Origin: Candidatus Woesearchaeota archaeon
Lineage (GTDB): Archaea; Nanobdellota; Nanobdellia; Pacearchaeales; GW2011-AR1
NCBI GenBank assembly: GCA_964366325.1
Contig: CAYITD010000001.1
Coordinates: 119,634 to 183,633 of the forward strand
Reading direction: 5' to 3'
Length of the DNA stretch: 64,000 nucleotides
Of this stretch, positions 19,383 to 30,086 are shown piece by piece. The translations under genes were made by a program, and so were the position numbers. Below the pieces are notes generated by a model. That model was not told the DNA's origin. It was given only the letters and a program-made list of their open reading frames with translations, and did no database searches. How positions within the stretch are numbered: the first letter of the stretch is position 1; every line of letters begins with the position of its first letter.

Positions 19383-20057
19383 CTACATTTTCTTCAAAAT
19401 ATTAATTTCATCAAACGAAACAGCTGCACCTTTGAATTTAGTAGCATAAAGAACAGCCTCTAAAGCTCTGGGATCTTTTATTTCCAAAACGCCTAACTTA
19501 AAAGCAACCAAGACCAATTCAGTTGATCTTATAAAATTAAAATTAGAAAATTTTCCAAGGTTTTTTTTGTTAATTTTCACTATTGTATGCATTTTTTTAG
19601 ACATTATTTCTTCAAGGCTTTCAGGATTTTCTCCTAAAGTTCTAGTTGTTCTCTCATCAACAGCAACAAGGCTTTCTATGTTTTTCTCAGAAAGCAATTT
19701 ACTCAAGGCTAAGCAAGAAATTTCCGCAGGACTAACAATGTTAATAAATTTTCCATTCGAGGATAAAGTGTGATTTGCATAATCCATCAATTCAGTCGTT
19801 ATTTCTTTTATCCGTTCATCTCTAATGCCTGCATTATCTGGCATTTCCAAAGTTCCTTCTTTAAGCAATTGAGAAATCATTAAGGCTCCAAGCTCAAATC
19901 TAGGAATTCCAGTTGGTTTATCAATCGTCTCACTCCTTACTTCTTTTGTTATTAAAAACCGCACTCCAGTTTTTTCTTTTAGCCCCTTCAAAATATAAAG
20001 TATGCCATTCATTGAGAGGTTTATCAATGGTCCGGAATCAAGAACAACTGCCTTCAT
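19383..20057 (-). CDS. Hypothetical protein, possible PIN-like N-terminal domain
   Basis: MKAVVLDSGPLINL resembles PIN strand-1 acidic motif; weak. Confidence 0.3.
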   Translation of the reverse strand: MKAVVLDSGPLINLSMNGILYILKGLKEKTGVRFLITKEVRSETIDKPTGIPRFELGALMISQLLKEGTLEMPDNAGIRDERIKEITTELMDYANHTLSSNGKFINIVSPAEISCLALSKLLSEKNIESLVAVDERTTRTLGENPESLEEIMSKKMHTIVKINKKNLGKFSNFNFIRSTELVLVAFKLGVLEIKDPRALEAVLYATKFKGAAVSFDEINILKKM

Positions 20058-20629
20058 TTTCCAAAAAACTCCAGAGCGATTTTAGCTCTTTTCTTAGTAT
20101 CAACTTTTTTTGTTTCTTTAACAACTTCAATGCTTTTTTGTCCAACATAATCAGAAAGTTCCCATTGAGAAATTCCTAAAAGCTTCGCTGTTTGCTGCAA
20201 TGATATGCCATGTTCATAAATTTTAGATGCTTTATTTATACAAGCCTTTTTTATAAGGTCTTGAATATAACTAGTTTCATCTTTGGAGATATTTTTTAGA
20301 GTTTCTATAGCTTTCTCAATACCTTCTCGAAATGTTTTTTCATTTCTCAGCTTTATAGATTTAGAAGCAAGATTAAGCAAATAATTGAATTTTTCAACGA
20401 AGTTTTCCCAGTTTTTAAATCGGGAATAATCTTCTCTTTCAACTATTTTGCTCAGAACATAAGCCAGAATGACAATAGTTATGCTTTCAGCATCTTGATG
20501 GCTGCAAGACATATGAATAGTATTGTCAGAAAGATCTCTCAGTTTAGTAGAATTTTTTTCAATCAAAGCAACCTTCATTTCTTCCAAGACTATTGATATA
20601 TGCTCAATTTCCTCTTTTTCAATTTGCAT
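20054..20629 (-). CDS. Hypothetical protein with C-terminal HTH
   Basis: TAKLLGISQWELSDYVGQ HTH-like; 4-nt overlap with downstream gene. Confidence 0.3.
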   Translation of the reverse strand: MQIEKEEIEHISIVLEEMKVALIEKNSTKLRDLSDNTIHMSCSHQDAESITIVILAYVLSKIVEREDYSRFKNWENFVEKFNYLLNLASKSIKLRNEKTFREGIEKAIETLKNISKDETSYIQDLIKKACINKASKIYEHGISLQQTAKLLGISQWELSDYVGQKSIEVVKETKKVDTKKRAKIALEFFGK

Positions 20630-20712
20630 ATTCTATAAACTAATATAAATATATAAAACTATCCGCCAAGAATTAAATATAAACTTAAATATTATACATA
20701 TAGAAAATAACA

Positions 20713-22500
20713 ATGAACACTAAAACTGAATGGGATTTCTCAACTTTATTCAAGAAAGAAGAAGACATGGAACAGGAGAAGGAAAAAGTAGAAAAAGAGG
20801 TTTCAAATTTTGTAGAAAAATGGAAGAACAATTCCGATTTCCTAAGTTCGCCTGAAAAGCTAAAAGAAGCTTTAGATGATTATGAGAAATTAATAAGAAA
20901 AGCTGCAAGCGGTGGAAAAGCGCACTACTATTACTGGTTAAAAACACAACAAGACCAAAATTCTTCAGAGTTAAAGGCAAAATACAATAAAATAAATGAA
21001 TTCGCAATAAAGATTAGCAACGACTTGCAATTTTTTACCTTAAACATCTCAAAAATTAAAGAAGACAATCAAAAAATATTCCTAAGCTCTCCAATATTAT
21101 CAGAATACAAACACTATCTTGAAAAGGCATTCATACAATCAAAATACCTTCTTTCAGAGGGAGAAGAAAAAATACTCAATCTTAAGTCTAAGACTTCTCA
21201 CGAAAACTGGGATAAAATGCTCTCTTTATTTTTATCCAAAGAAGAGAGAAATGTTTTTGATGAATCTGGTTCTTTTTCTAAGAAGAATTTTTCAGAAATA
21301 TCTTCCTTACTTCAAAGTACAAAAAAAGAAGTTAGGGACAGCTCTGCAGATGCATTAAACGATATTCTTGAGAAAAACATTGATGTTGCAGAGCAAGAAA
21401 TAAATTCAATCTTAGAAGATAAAAAAATAAATGATGAATTAAGGGGATTTTCAAGACCAGATCAGAATAGGCACATTTCAGATGATTTAAGCACAGAAGT
21501 TGTAAATTCTTTAGTAAAATCCGTAACTGATAATTTTGAAATTTCAAAGAAGTATTACAAACTAAAGGCTTCTTTGTTTAATGTAGGTAAACTAGAGTAC
21601 CATGAAAGAAATGTACCTTATGGTAAAATAGAAAAAGAATTTTCATTTGAAGAATCTTCAAAATTAATAAATAAAGTTTTTCATTCTCTAGATCCTGAAT
21701 TTTCAAAGATATTTTCCGAGTTTCTAAAAGAAGGAAAAGTGGACGTTTTTCCAAAAAAAGGAAAGAGGTATGGTGCTTTTTGTATCTGGATTTCCCCAGA
21801 GTTTCCGATTTACGTTATGTTAAATCATACTAACAAACTAAATGATGTTTTAACGATCGCTCATGAATTTGGCCATGCAATAAATGGAGAGCTTTCTAAA
21901 AAGCAGAATTCTTTAAATTACGATTCTTTAACTTCAACAACAGAAGTAGCGAGTACATTTATGGAAGACTTTGTTTTTCAAGAATTATTGAAAGAATCAA
22001 CAGATGAAGAAAGACTCTCTTTGATGATGCAAAAACTTAACGATGATATTTCAACGATATTTAGGCAAGTTGCATGCTACAATTTTGAATTTGAACTACA
22101 CGAAGAATTCAGAAAAAAAGGCTTTCTCTCTAAAGAGGAAATAGGTAAAATATTCCACAAAAATATGTTGGCTTATATGGGAGATTCTGTCGAGTACACT
22201 AAGGAAAGCAATAATTGGTGGGTATCCTGGCACCATCTCAGAAGATTTTTTTATGTTTACTCATACGCCTTCGGTCTTTTGATTTCTAAGAATCTTCAAA
22301 AATCTATAAGGGAAGATCCGGCATACATAAATGATGTAAAGAAGTTTTTCTCTGCTGGCTGTTCAATTTCTCCATATACTATATTTAAAAATTTAGGCTT
22401 GGACATCTCCCAAGACACTTTTTGGCTTTCTGGCATTGAAGAAGTAAAAAATCTATTGCATGAAACGCAAGCACTTGCAAAAAGATTAGGTAAAATATAA
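20713..22500 (+). CDS. pepF: Oligoendopeptidase F (M3 family zinc metallopeptidase)
   Basis: 595 aa; HEXXH in TIAHEFGHAING; size and layout typical of PepF. Confidence 0.85.
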   Translation: MNTKTEWDFSTLFKKEEDMEQEKEKVEKEVSNFVEKWKNNSDFLSSPEKLKEALDDYEKLIRKAASGGKAHYYYWLKTQQDQNSSELKAKYNKINEFAIKISNDLQFFTLNISKIKEDNQKIFLSSPILSEYKHYLEKAFIQSKYLLSEGEEKILNLKSKTSHENWDKMLSLFLSKEERNVFDESGSFSKKNFSEISSLLQSTKKEVRDSSADALNDILEKNIDVAEQEINSILEDKKINDELRGFSRPDQNRHISDDLSTEVVNSLVKSVTDNFEISKKYYKLKASLFNVGKLEYHERNVPYGKIEKEFSFEESSKLINKVFHSLDPEFSKIFSEFLKEGKVDVFPKKGKRYGAFCIWISPEFPIYVMLNHTNKLNDVLTIAHEFGHAINGELSKKQNSLNYDSLTSTTEVASTFMEDFVFQELLKESTDEERLSLMMQKLNDDISTIFRQVACYNFEFELHEEFRKKGFLSKEEIGKIFHKNMLAYMGDSVEYTKESNNWWVSWHHLRRFFYVYSYAFGLLISKNLQKSIREDPAYINDVKKFFSAGCSISPYTIFKNLGLDISQDTFWLSGIEEVKNLLHETQALAKRLGKI

Positions 22501-22541
22501 GGAATCAAAAGTATTAAATACTTATTTTTCTTTTTAATCAA

Positions 22542-22913
22542 ATGCAGGTTATTTTAGATACTAGCTTCATAGTGTCTTGTTTGATGAAGAGGATAGAATT
22601 TTTAGATAAATTAAGCGAATTAGGTTTTCACGTCTTAGTTCCAAGAGAAGTTCTAGAAGAATTAAAAGATTTAAAGAAAAACGATAAAACTACAATGCGA
22701 GAGAGAGAAATGATAGCAATAGCATTAGAATTACTTTCTTCCAGAAAGATTAAGAAAACAAGACTCGGTCATAAAAATGTTGATCAGGGGCTTATACAAA
22801 AAGGAGTTGAAGGAATATATATTGCAACTTTAGATCGCGGAATAAAGAATAAAATACCTAACAAAATAGTTATATCAGCAGCACAAAATTCTCTATTAAT
22901 AGAGCGAGCTTAA
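22542..22913 (+). CDS. PIN-domain protein (Fcf1/VapC-like)
   Basis: MQVILDTSFIV...IATLDRGIK acidic PIN motifs, 123 aa. Confidence 0.6.
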   Translation: MQVILDTSFIVSCLMKRIEFLDKLSELGFHVLVPREVLEELKDLKKNDKTTMREREMIAIALELLSSRKIKKTRLGHKNVDQGLIQKGVEGIYIATLDRGIKNKIPNKIVISAAQNSLLIERA

Positions 22914-22970
22914 GGTTTAAATATAAGGTTTTATTGCTATTAAAAAGAATATGAAAGGAGGGAAAATAAT

Positions 22971-23324
22971 ATGTCAAATACTAAAGATCTAGCCATGAAA
23001 GTTAACTGGTTACTTCTAGGCTTACTTATGTTGGTCGCAGGTTTAGTGAAACTATTCATCATGAAACCTTCAGCAGTTGTAGGTATGCTTTCAGGAATGG
23101 GTTTTCCAGCCGCAACATTTTTTGCTTGGATACTAATTTTATCAGAAATAGTTTTTGGAGCTTTGATTTTAGCTAAATGGAAACTAAAATATACGGTTAT
23201 TCCTCCGATGATTATCTTGATAATCGCAGCATTTGCTACTAATTGGGGTAATTGGGCAGGATTGTTACTACATTTGTTAGCAGCTTCAAACTATTGGGTT
23301 CTTGGTTCTTCTGCAAAGAAATGA
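22971..23324 (+). CDS. DoxX-like membrane protein
   Basis: 117 aa, 3-4 TM helices; adjacent to flavoprotein oxidoreductase as in DoxX-NDH/SQR pairs. Confidence 0.55.
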   Translation: MSNTKDLAMKVNWLLLGLLMLVAGLVKLFIMKPSAVVGMLSGMGFPAATFFAWILILSEIVFGALILAKWKLKYTVIPPMIILIIAAFATNWGNWAGLLLHLLAASNYWVLGSSAKK

Positions 23325-23357
23325 AACCAGAACATTTTTTAATTTGTTTTTTTTAAT

Positions 23358-24401
23358 TTGTTTATGAAAAGATTGGCCATAATCGGTGGAGGTTTTGCAG
23401 GTTCAAAAATAGCTAAATCTCTAGAAAATAAATTCCACACAACTCTAATAGACACAAAAAATTACTTCGAATTTACTCCTGGGATTCTAAGGACAATAGT
23501 CTATCCAGAGCATATAAAAAAAATTCAAGTATTGCATAAAAACTATCTAAAAAATACAGAAATTATTATAGGAGAAGTTAAAGAAGTAGCAAGTAAATAT
23601 GTAAAAGTCAAAAATAAAAAGATTTTTTTTGATTATCTTGTTGTTTCCTCAGGTTCGAAATATAGCTCTCCAATAAAAGACCAAAAGATAATTATGGCAA
23701 CAAGAGCGAGTATTTTAAGAGAAAGTTTCACAAATTTATGCAAATCAAATACTGTTTTAATAATTGGTGGCGGTCTTGTTGGAGTAGAACTTGCGGCAGA
23801 AATATGCAATAGATACAAAAATAAAAAAGATATAACTCTCGTCCACGCTAAAAATCACCTAATAGAGAGAAACGATGAAAAAGCCTCAGATTTTGTTGAA
23901 AAATATCTTAGAAAGAGAAATGTTAAAATTATTTTTAATGAAAGAGTTTTGAAAAAAACAGGCAATTTTTATCTAACGAATAAAGGTAAAAAAATAAAAG
24001 CAGATGCAGTTTTCCTCTGTACAGGAATTGTGCCTAATTATTCTTTCATGAGGGATAATTTTTCTTCAAGCCTAAATGAAAAGAATCAAATAAAAGTAAA
24101 TAGCTTTCTTCAGGTTGAAAATCATAAAAGTATTTTTGTAGCAGGTGATGTCTCTGGAACAGAAGTTGAAAAAACAGCCCAAAATGCAGAACATCAAGGA
24201 AAAATAGTAATAAAAAATCTCCTTGCACTTGAAAACAAAAAAGCGCTGGTTAATTATACTCCAAAAAGAGGACCCTTAGTAATAAGTCTTGGAAGGTACA
24301 ATGGCTTGTACGTAAATAAAGATTTTATAATAAAAGGCAAGATCCCAGCTTTAATGAAATATCTAGTTGAAAAATGGGAGATGTTTAAGAAGAGGTTTTA
24401 G
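23358..24401 (+). CDS. FAD-dependent pyridine nucleotide-disulfide oxidoreductase (NDH-2/SQR-like)
   Basis: N-terminal Rossmann AIIGGGFAGSK, second GxGxxG IIGGGLVGVELAAE. Confidence 0.7.
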   Translation: MFMKRLAIIGGGFAGSKIAKSLENKFHTTLIDTKNYFEFTPGILRTIVYPEHIKKIQVLHKNYLKNTEIIIGEVKEVASKYVKVKNKKIFFDYLVVSSGSKYSSPIKDQKIIMATRASILRESFTNLCKSNTVLIIGGGLVGVELAAEICNRYKNKKDITLVHAKNHLIERNDEKASDFVEKYLRKRNVKIIFNERVLKKTGNFYLTNKGKKIKADAVFLCTGIVPNYSFMRDNFSSSLNEKNQIKVNSFLQVENHKSIFVAGDVSGTEVEKTAQNAEHQGKIVIKNLLALENKKALVNYTPKRGPLVISLGRYNGLYVNKDFIIKGKIPALMKYLVEKWEMFKKRF

Positions 24402-24419
24402 TTTTTAATTAAATAAGCG

Positions 24420-24716
24420 TTAGATGCTTTCTTGTGCGTTTTCTCCTAGACAGGTTATTTTTCTTACATGCTCCATTGAGATTATAGCCTCTAAAGGGGC
24501 GCCTTTATCAGAAGACCCCTTTCTCAAAACTATAGGCTTTCTCAATAACATAGATCTTGTCAAATATTCCAAATCATCTTCCCTCCTGCCTTTATCATCA
24601 TTTACTTTTATTCTAGTTGGAGAGCCGTTTGCACCGTTAATTACATCATATTGAGCAATATTTTCAGTCTCTAATTCCACTGGCTTTCCATGATAATATT
24701 CCACTCTTACTTTCAT
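24420..24716 (-). CDS. Hypothetical small protein
   Basis: ~98 aa beta-rich ORF; not confidently matched to any r-protein/RNase P subunit. Confidence 0.3.
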   Translation of the reverse strand: MKVRVEYYHGKPVELETENIAQYDVINGANGSPTRIKVNDDKGRREDDLEYLTRSMLLRKPIVLRKGSSDKGAPLEAIISMEHVRKITCLGENAQESI

Positions 24717-24768
24717 AGACAAAATCTCCAATCTCTCTTTATATATTTTTCTTCAGTAAAGTTGCTAC

Positions 24769-26058
24769 TTAAATTTTCATCTCAATCTTTTTCTTCCCAC
24801 CCATATACTTCTGCAGGACTTTAGGAATATTTATGCTTCCATCTTTATTTTGATTGTTTTCCATTATTGCAACCAAAGCCCTAGAAGTTGCAATTGCCGT
24901 ATTGTTCAAGGTGTGAACAAACTTCCTTTCATTCTTTTCATCAAGAAAACGAATATTCAATCTTCTTGCCTGTGCTTCTTCCATATTAGTCACAGAAGTA
25001 ATCTCAAAATATTTTTTCTGTCTTGGGCTCCAAGCCTCAAGGTCCGCACTCTTCGCTTTCAAATCAGATAAATCTCCAGAACAACATTCTAGCTCTCTTA
25101 TAGGTATTTCAAGGCCTTTAAACAACTCTTTACTTAATTTTAAAAGTTCATCATAATACTTATACGAATCTTCAGGCTTACAAATTACTACCATCTCCTG
25201 TTTGTTAAACTGATGAGTCCTATACAATCCTTTTTCATCTATTCCATGGCTTCCAATCTCTCTTCTAAAACACATGCTATAAGCCGTAATTTTAACAGGT
25301 AGGTCTTCTTTCTTCAAAGTTTTATCTTTATACATGCCTATGAGTGGATGTTCAGAAGTTGCAATCAAGTACAAGTCTTCTCCTTCAGTTTTATAAGCCA
25401 TCTGTTCTATTTCAGCATTGGAATATACTCCTTCCAAAACTTCTTTCCTTATCATCAAAGGGGGTTCAATATACAAATATCCTTTCTTAACCATAAACTC
25501 TCTTGCATAACTAATTAAAGCCTGATTAAGCAAAGCCAAGTCACCTTTCATAACATAAAATCCATTTCCAGAAATTTTCGCGGAAGAGTCAAAATCCAAA
25601 ACTCCTAAACTCTCCCCAAGTTCCGCGTGATTTTTTACATCAAAACTAAAATCTTTTATTTTTCCAATCTTTTCTTTTACAACATTTTCTTCTGCATTTT
25701 TCCCTATTGGAACACTTTTATGTATGATATTAGGTATCTTAAGCATCAATTGATGTATCTCTTCTTCAAGCCTTCTCGTGTTTTCCTCAATTTTAGCAAT
25801 CTCATCAGGTATCTGCTTTGCCTTCTTCATTAATTTTTCAACTTCCTTATCTTTTCCAGATTTCTTTAATTCAGATATTTCTTGAGAGATTTTATTCCTT
25901 GAGTGTCTCAATTCATCAACTTCTTTTTTCAAAGAGCGCCATTTTTTATCCTTCTCAAAGACTTCTTCAACGTATTTTATCTTTTCATTCTGAAATTTCT
26001 TCTTTATATTCTCTTTAACGATTTCAGGATTTTCTCTCACTAACTTTATATCAATCAT
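24769..26058 (-). CDS. serS: Seryl-tRNA synthetase
   Basis: 429 aa; N-terminal coiled-coil arm MIDIKLVREN..., class II core with FRRE/GxGxGxxR-like motifs. Confidence 0.9.
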   Translation of the reverse strand: MIDIKLVRENPEIVKENIKKKFQNEKIKYVEEVFEKDKKWRSLKKEVDELRHSRNKISQEISELKKSGKDKEVEKLMKKAKQIPDEIAKIEENTRRLEEEIHQLMLKIPNIIHKSVPIGKNAEENVVKEKIGKIKDFSFDVKNHAELGESLGVLDFDSSAKISGNGFYVMKGDLALLNQALISYAREFMVKKGYLYIEPPLMIRKEVLEGVYSNAEIEQMAYKTEGEDLYLIATSEHPLIGMYKDKTLKKEDLPVKITAYSMCFRREIGSHGIDEKGLYRTHQFNKQEMVVICKPEDSYKYYDELLKLSKELFKGLEIPIRELECCSGDLSDLKAKSADLEAWSPRQKKYFEITSVTNMEEAQARRLNIRFLDEKNERKFVHTLNNTAIATSRALVAIMENNQNKDGSINIPKVLQKYMGGKKKIEMKI

Positions 26059-26130
26059 ACTTATTCACAGAAAAATATATTATTTAAAACATTCCCCTTT
26101 GGCATTTAGGAATAGAAAACAAAAATTCAA

Positions 26131-26343
26131 TCAATTACCAAATATGAATCTTCCAGTTTTCCCAATGCACACAATTCCATAAACTGCTACAATAAAACAG
26201 CAAATTCCAAGAATGTCCACAATCATAGAATCTTTAATACCATTCAAAAGATAAAACCCAGAAATAAGAAAGACCGTTACAGCAAAAGAATCTGCTCTGC
26301 CATGGTTAATTTTTCTCTTCGCCCTCTTCATATCCAATAACAC
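26131..26343 (-). CDS. Small membrane protein
   Basis: 70 aa, two TM helices. Confidence 0.3.
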   Translation of the reverse strand: MLLDMKRAKRKINHGRADSFAVTVFLISGFYLLNGIKDSMIVDILGICCFIVAVYGIVCIGKTGRFIFGN

Positions 26344-26368
26344 AAATTAGAACTAAATAAATCTTTCC

Positions 26369-29182
26369 TTAAACTTTTTCAAATTCAACAGCAAACTTTT
26401 TATCTTTTATCATAAATCCTTCTTTGTTTCCTAGAGATAATATTTCAATCTTTTTTGCGTTAGTTCTACTCTTCAAGAAATCAAATTGCTGTTTAAGCAT
26501 ATTTTCCTCTTCTTTATCCATAAATATCTTTAATTCTATGAAATCCTTTTTCTCAAGCCCTGCTTTCTTCCTTTCATCTTGTATCTTTCTCGCCAGTTCA
26601 CGAGCAAAGCCTTCAGCTTCAAGTTCCAAGGTAATTTTAGTGTCAAGTTTAACTTCAATCGTGTCAGCTTTTTTAATTTCAACATTTTTCACATTCAATT
26701 GTCTTTTTATTATCTCTTTGAAGTCTTTATTTAATTCAGAGCTAGCTTTAACAATAGCCTTAGAAAGAGGCCATCTCAAACCTATCTTTTCTTTATCTCT
26801 CTCAGCCATTCCAAATTCTATTATTTTTCTTGCAAGTTCAAAATCCTGCTCAAGTTTTTCATCAATTTTTTTATTATCTTCTTTAGGCCATTCAGTTAAA
26901 TGTACAGATTCTTCCTCGACTATTTTTTTCGATTTCATATCTAGCCATATAACTTCAGTCATAAAAGGAATCATAGGAGCACACATCTTAACTAAATCAG
27001 TATACACTTTTTTTATAATGTACTTCACGGCTTCGTCGTTTTCTCCAATTCTTTCTCTAACTAACTGTATGTATCCCCTGCTGAAATCTTTTAACCAGAA
27101 ATCTTGGAGCCTTCTCATTCCTTCAAATAATCTAAGTTCCTCTATAGACTCGCTAGTCTTTTTTATCAAAGAATTTAATCTGCTTAAAATCCATTTATCT
27201 TCAAGAAGTTCAATTTTTTTAACATCAGGGCAATTTTCAACCAGTCTATTTATATTGAACAATATGTTCATATTATTCAACGGTTCTTTTAAAGCACTAA
27301 AACCAAATCTTAATTCTAAGGAAGGGTCGTGAAGGGAATAAAGTAATCTCATTGGGTCAGCGCCAAACTTTTCAGCAGCAATATCAAAAGGTATAGCGTT
27401 GCCTTTACTTTTATGCATTTCCTCTCCCTTTTCGTCTTTCAAAGTTTCATATCCCAAAAGTGCTTTAAAGGGAGCTTTTCCAGTCAAAGTTACAGACGAC
27501 CAAAACAAAGAATTAAACCATCCTCTGAACTGTCCAGGTATACTTTCCGAAATTAAATCAGCAGGGAACCATTTAGACCATTCTTTCTTGTCATCAAGAT
27601 AAGGACCCACTGTAGAGAAAGGAATTATCCCAGCGTCAAGCCACGCATCTCCAACATCTTTAATTCTTTCAGATTCTTTTCCACATTTTCCACATTTTAT
27701 TTTTATTTCATCAATCCAAGGTCTATGAATTTCATGCAAAGCATCAACTTTTTTCTTGTCTATCGCTTTCTCTCTTAACTCTTTTAAGTCACCAATTACT
27801 TCCACGCATCCGCAGGAACACTCCCATATTGGCAATGGCAGTCCCCAATATCTTTTTCTAGATATAAGCCAATCACTCATATTCTTGAACCATTCTTCCT
27901 GCCTTTTCATACCATATTCAGGAACCCACTTTATTTTTTTATTTTCATCAATCAATTTTTGACGAATTTCTTCAGCCTTAACATACCATTCATCAACTAA
28001 TCTAAAAACTAGTTCTTCACCACATCTCCAACAATGAGGATATCTATGTTTTATGCTAGTTTCCTTATAGGTGAATCTTCTTTGTTCCATATCATGCAGA
28101 ACTTTTTTATTAACTTCAGAATATTTCATCAAACTAAATTCACCAAAACCCTCTTGATAACAACCCATATCGTCAAGCGGAGATATAGCTGGCAGTTTTT
28201 CCTTTTTACCTAAATCAAAATCTTCTGTTCCACATCCAGGAGCAATGTGGACTATACCCGTTCCTTCATCACCAGAAGCTAAATCCCAAAGGACAACTTT
28301 ATAAGGGTTTTCGATATTTATTTCAAAATCACCATAAGGGGAAATATATTCTACTCCCTTTAAGGATTTTCCAATCTTTTTTTCTAAAATTTTATATTTT
28401 TCATTTATCTCCTGCAATCTAGACTCAGCAAGCCAATACTTCAAGCCATCACTTTCAATTTTCACATAGTAGATATTTGGATTAACAGCTATAGCCACAT
28501 TTGCTGGAACAGTCCAAGGAGTAGTTGTAAAAACAAGGAAGTATTCATCTGGATGCTCCTTCAATGGAAGTTGCATATACAAAGCAGTGTGAGAGACTTC
28601 CTTATATCCCTCTGTAGCAATGTCATGTTTAGAGCTTGCCGTTCCGCATCTCCAACACCAAGGCACAGCATCCTTTCCCTTATACAACCACCCATTTTCA
28701 TGATACTTCTTTATTAGATGCCAATTATGAAGGTTATTTGCATCGCTCATTGTGTAATAGCTGTTTTCCCAATCCATCCATTGTCCTAGTCTTTTCGATT
28801 GTTCCTCTTGTATCTTGGAAAATTTTTCAACTCTTTTTCTGCAAGCTTGAACAAAATTAAGTATTCCGAATTTTTCAATGTCCCTTTTATTCTTCAACCC
28901 TAGATCCTTTTCCTCTTCTCTTTCAACCCATAAGCCCTGACAATCAAAACCATTTTGAAACCTTTGATCAAACCCTTGCATAGCCTTGAATCTCTGGTAC
29001 ACATCTTTGTAAGTCCTGCCCCAAGCGTGATGTACGCCCATAGGGTTATTTGCAGTTATCGGACCATCAAAAAAACTCCACTTTTTCTTTCCATAGTTTT
29101 TCTTTCGGAGTTTTTCAAATATCTTATTCTTCTCCCAAAATTCAAGGACTCTTAGTTCGTTTTCGTTCGGATTGTACATCAA
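26369..29182 (-). CDS. ileS: Class I aminoacyl-tRNA synthetase, Ile/Val family; most likely isoleucyl-tRNA synthetase
   Basis: 937 aa; FFDGPITANNPMGVHHAWG (HIGH region), YQRFKAMQGFDQRFQNGFDCQGLWVE (IleRS-like), WCWRCGT, KMSKS variant EMHKSKGN. Confidence 0.6.
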   Translation of the reverse strand: MMYNPNENELRVLEFWEKNKIFEKLRKKNYGKKKWSFFDGPITANNPMGVHHAWGRTYKDVYQRFKAMQGFDQRFQNGFDCQGLWVEREEEKDLGLKNKRDIEKFGILNFVQACRKRVEKFSKIQEEQSKRLGQWMDWENSYYTMSDANNLHNWHLIKKYHENGWLYKGKDAVPWCWRCGTASSKHDIATEGYKEVSHTALYMQLPLKEHPDEYFLVFTTTPWTVPANVAIAVNPNIYYVKIESDGLKYWLAESRLQEINEKYKILEKKIGKSLKGVEYISPYGDFEINIENPYKVVLWDLASGDEGTGIVHIAPGCGTEDFDLGKKEKLPAISPLDDMGCYQEGFGEFSLMKYSEVNKKVLHDMEQRRFTYKETSIKHRYPHCWRCGEELVFRLVDEWYVKAEEIRQKLIDENKKIKWVPEYGMKRQEEWFKNMSDWLISRKRYWGLPLPIWECSCGCVEVIGDLKELREKAIDKKKVDALHEIHRPWIDEIKIKCGKCGKESERIKDVGDAWLDAGIIPFSTVGPYLDDKKEWSKWFPADLISESIPGQFRGWFNSLFWSSVTLTGKAPFKALLGYETLKDEKGEEMHKSKGNAIPFDIAAEKFGADPMRLLYSLHDPSLELRFGFSALKEPLNNMNILFNINRLVENCPDVKKIELLEDKWILSRLNSLIKKTSESIEELRLFEGMRRLQDFWLKDFSRGYIQLVRERIGENDEAVKYIIKKVYTDLVKMCAPMIPFMTEVIWLDMKSKKIVEEESVHLTEWPKEDNKKIDEKLEQDFELARKIIEFGMAERDKEKIGLRWPLSKAIVKASSELNKDFKEIIKRQLNVKNVEIKKADTIEVKLDTKITLELEAEGFARELARKIQDERKKAGLEKKDFIELKIFMDKEEENMLKQQFDFLKSRTNAKKIEILSLGNKEGFMIKDKKFAVEFEKV

Positions 29183-29231
29183 CTCTATAAAAAATCATTA
29201 CTTTTAAATTATGTGTTCTTTTTCTTTCCAA

Positions 29232-29489
29232 CTATCTTAGCCATCTTTTATCATATCCCTTCGCCAAAGAAATTGCAGATATGATTACAATAATCACGCA
29301 AGTTAGGAAAACTTCATAATTCCTAAAGATTAATGAAATTATACCAGAAAAAAAAGATAAGACACATAATAGCTTAAACCAATTTCTTCCAGCCAACAAT
29401 TCCTCTTTGCAGAGCCAAGCAATTAGATAGCCAACAGGAATACTCAATATTATGGCTAGAAATACCAATAATAAATTAATTGTTTGCAT
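29232..29489 (-). CDS. Small membrane protein
   Basis: 85 aa, 3 TM. Confidence 0.3.
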   Translation of the reverse strand: MQTINLLLVFLAIILSIPVGYLIAWLCKEELLAGRNWFKLLCVLSFFSGIISLIFRNYEVFLTCVIIVIISAISLAKGYDKRWLR

Positions 29490-29534
29490 AAAATAGGAGA
29501 TTTCATTTTTATATAAATTTTTGTATTTGGATAA

Positions 29535-29855
29535 TTAATCATATCTAACCAATCTATGGTCTAGCAATCTCTCGATTTCTGTCAGTAATGTTCTATCAGT
29601 TATAGCTTCTGCTTCAACACCTAGATTATGGGGCAAAATTCTATTTAGAACATATGCTCTGTCCAAAAGAGGATCTTGACCCTCAGACCATTCATCAACA
29701 AAAATGAAAAATTGTTCAGCCTCTAACAAAACGTGAACGCTTCGTCTATTAAGCTCCATATCAAAACCAAGATATTTGTTAGAATTGCCATTGCCACATG
29801 ATCTTCCTTCTTCTACATCATAATTTTCAATATTTTTCATAAGCAAAGAATCCAA
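29535..29855 (-). CDS. Hypothetical protein
   Basis: 106-aa ORF. Confidence 0.3.
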   Translation of the reverse strand: MDSLLMKNIENYDVEEGRSCGNGNSNKYLGFDMELNRRSVHVLLEAEQFFIFVDEWSEGQDPLLDRAYVLNRILPHNLGVEAEAITDRTLLTEIERLLDHRLVRYD

Positions 29856-29891
29856 AATGCATATTTAAATAGTTAACTGCTTCAAAATAAT

Positions 29892-30086
29892 ATGCCAGAA
29901 ACAAAAATGCCAAAAGAAGAAAAAATAGGGTTTCATAAAGGAGCTATACACACTTTAATAGGTGAAAGAACAGAACTTCTCAAGATGCTTCAAGCCACGG
30001 AATCTTTAATACAGGCCCACGCACAAGAGTTAGAAAAACTAGGCGTTAAACTTTATTCTGATAAAGATAAAAAGAGAATGCCTTAA
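29892..30086 (+). CDS. Hypothetical small protein
   Basis: 64-aa ORF filling an intergenic gap; helical. Confidence 0.2.
   Translation: MPETKMPKEEKIGFHKGAIHTLIGERTELLKMLQATESLIQAHAQELEKLGVKLYSDKDKKRMP

Noticed and set aside
26424-27332. 302-aa Ser/Phe/Leu-rich ORF antisense to the IleRS-like gene (and similar antisense ORFs inside leuS, serS, the S-layer genes)
   Set aside because: Low-complexity mirror-frame ORFs expected in AT-rich coding DNA; the sense-strand aaRS assignments are strong.
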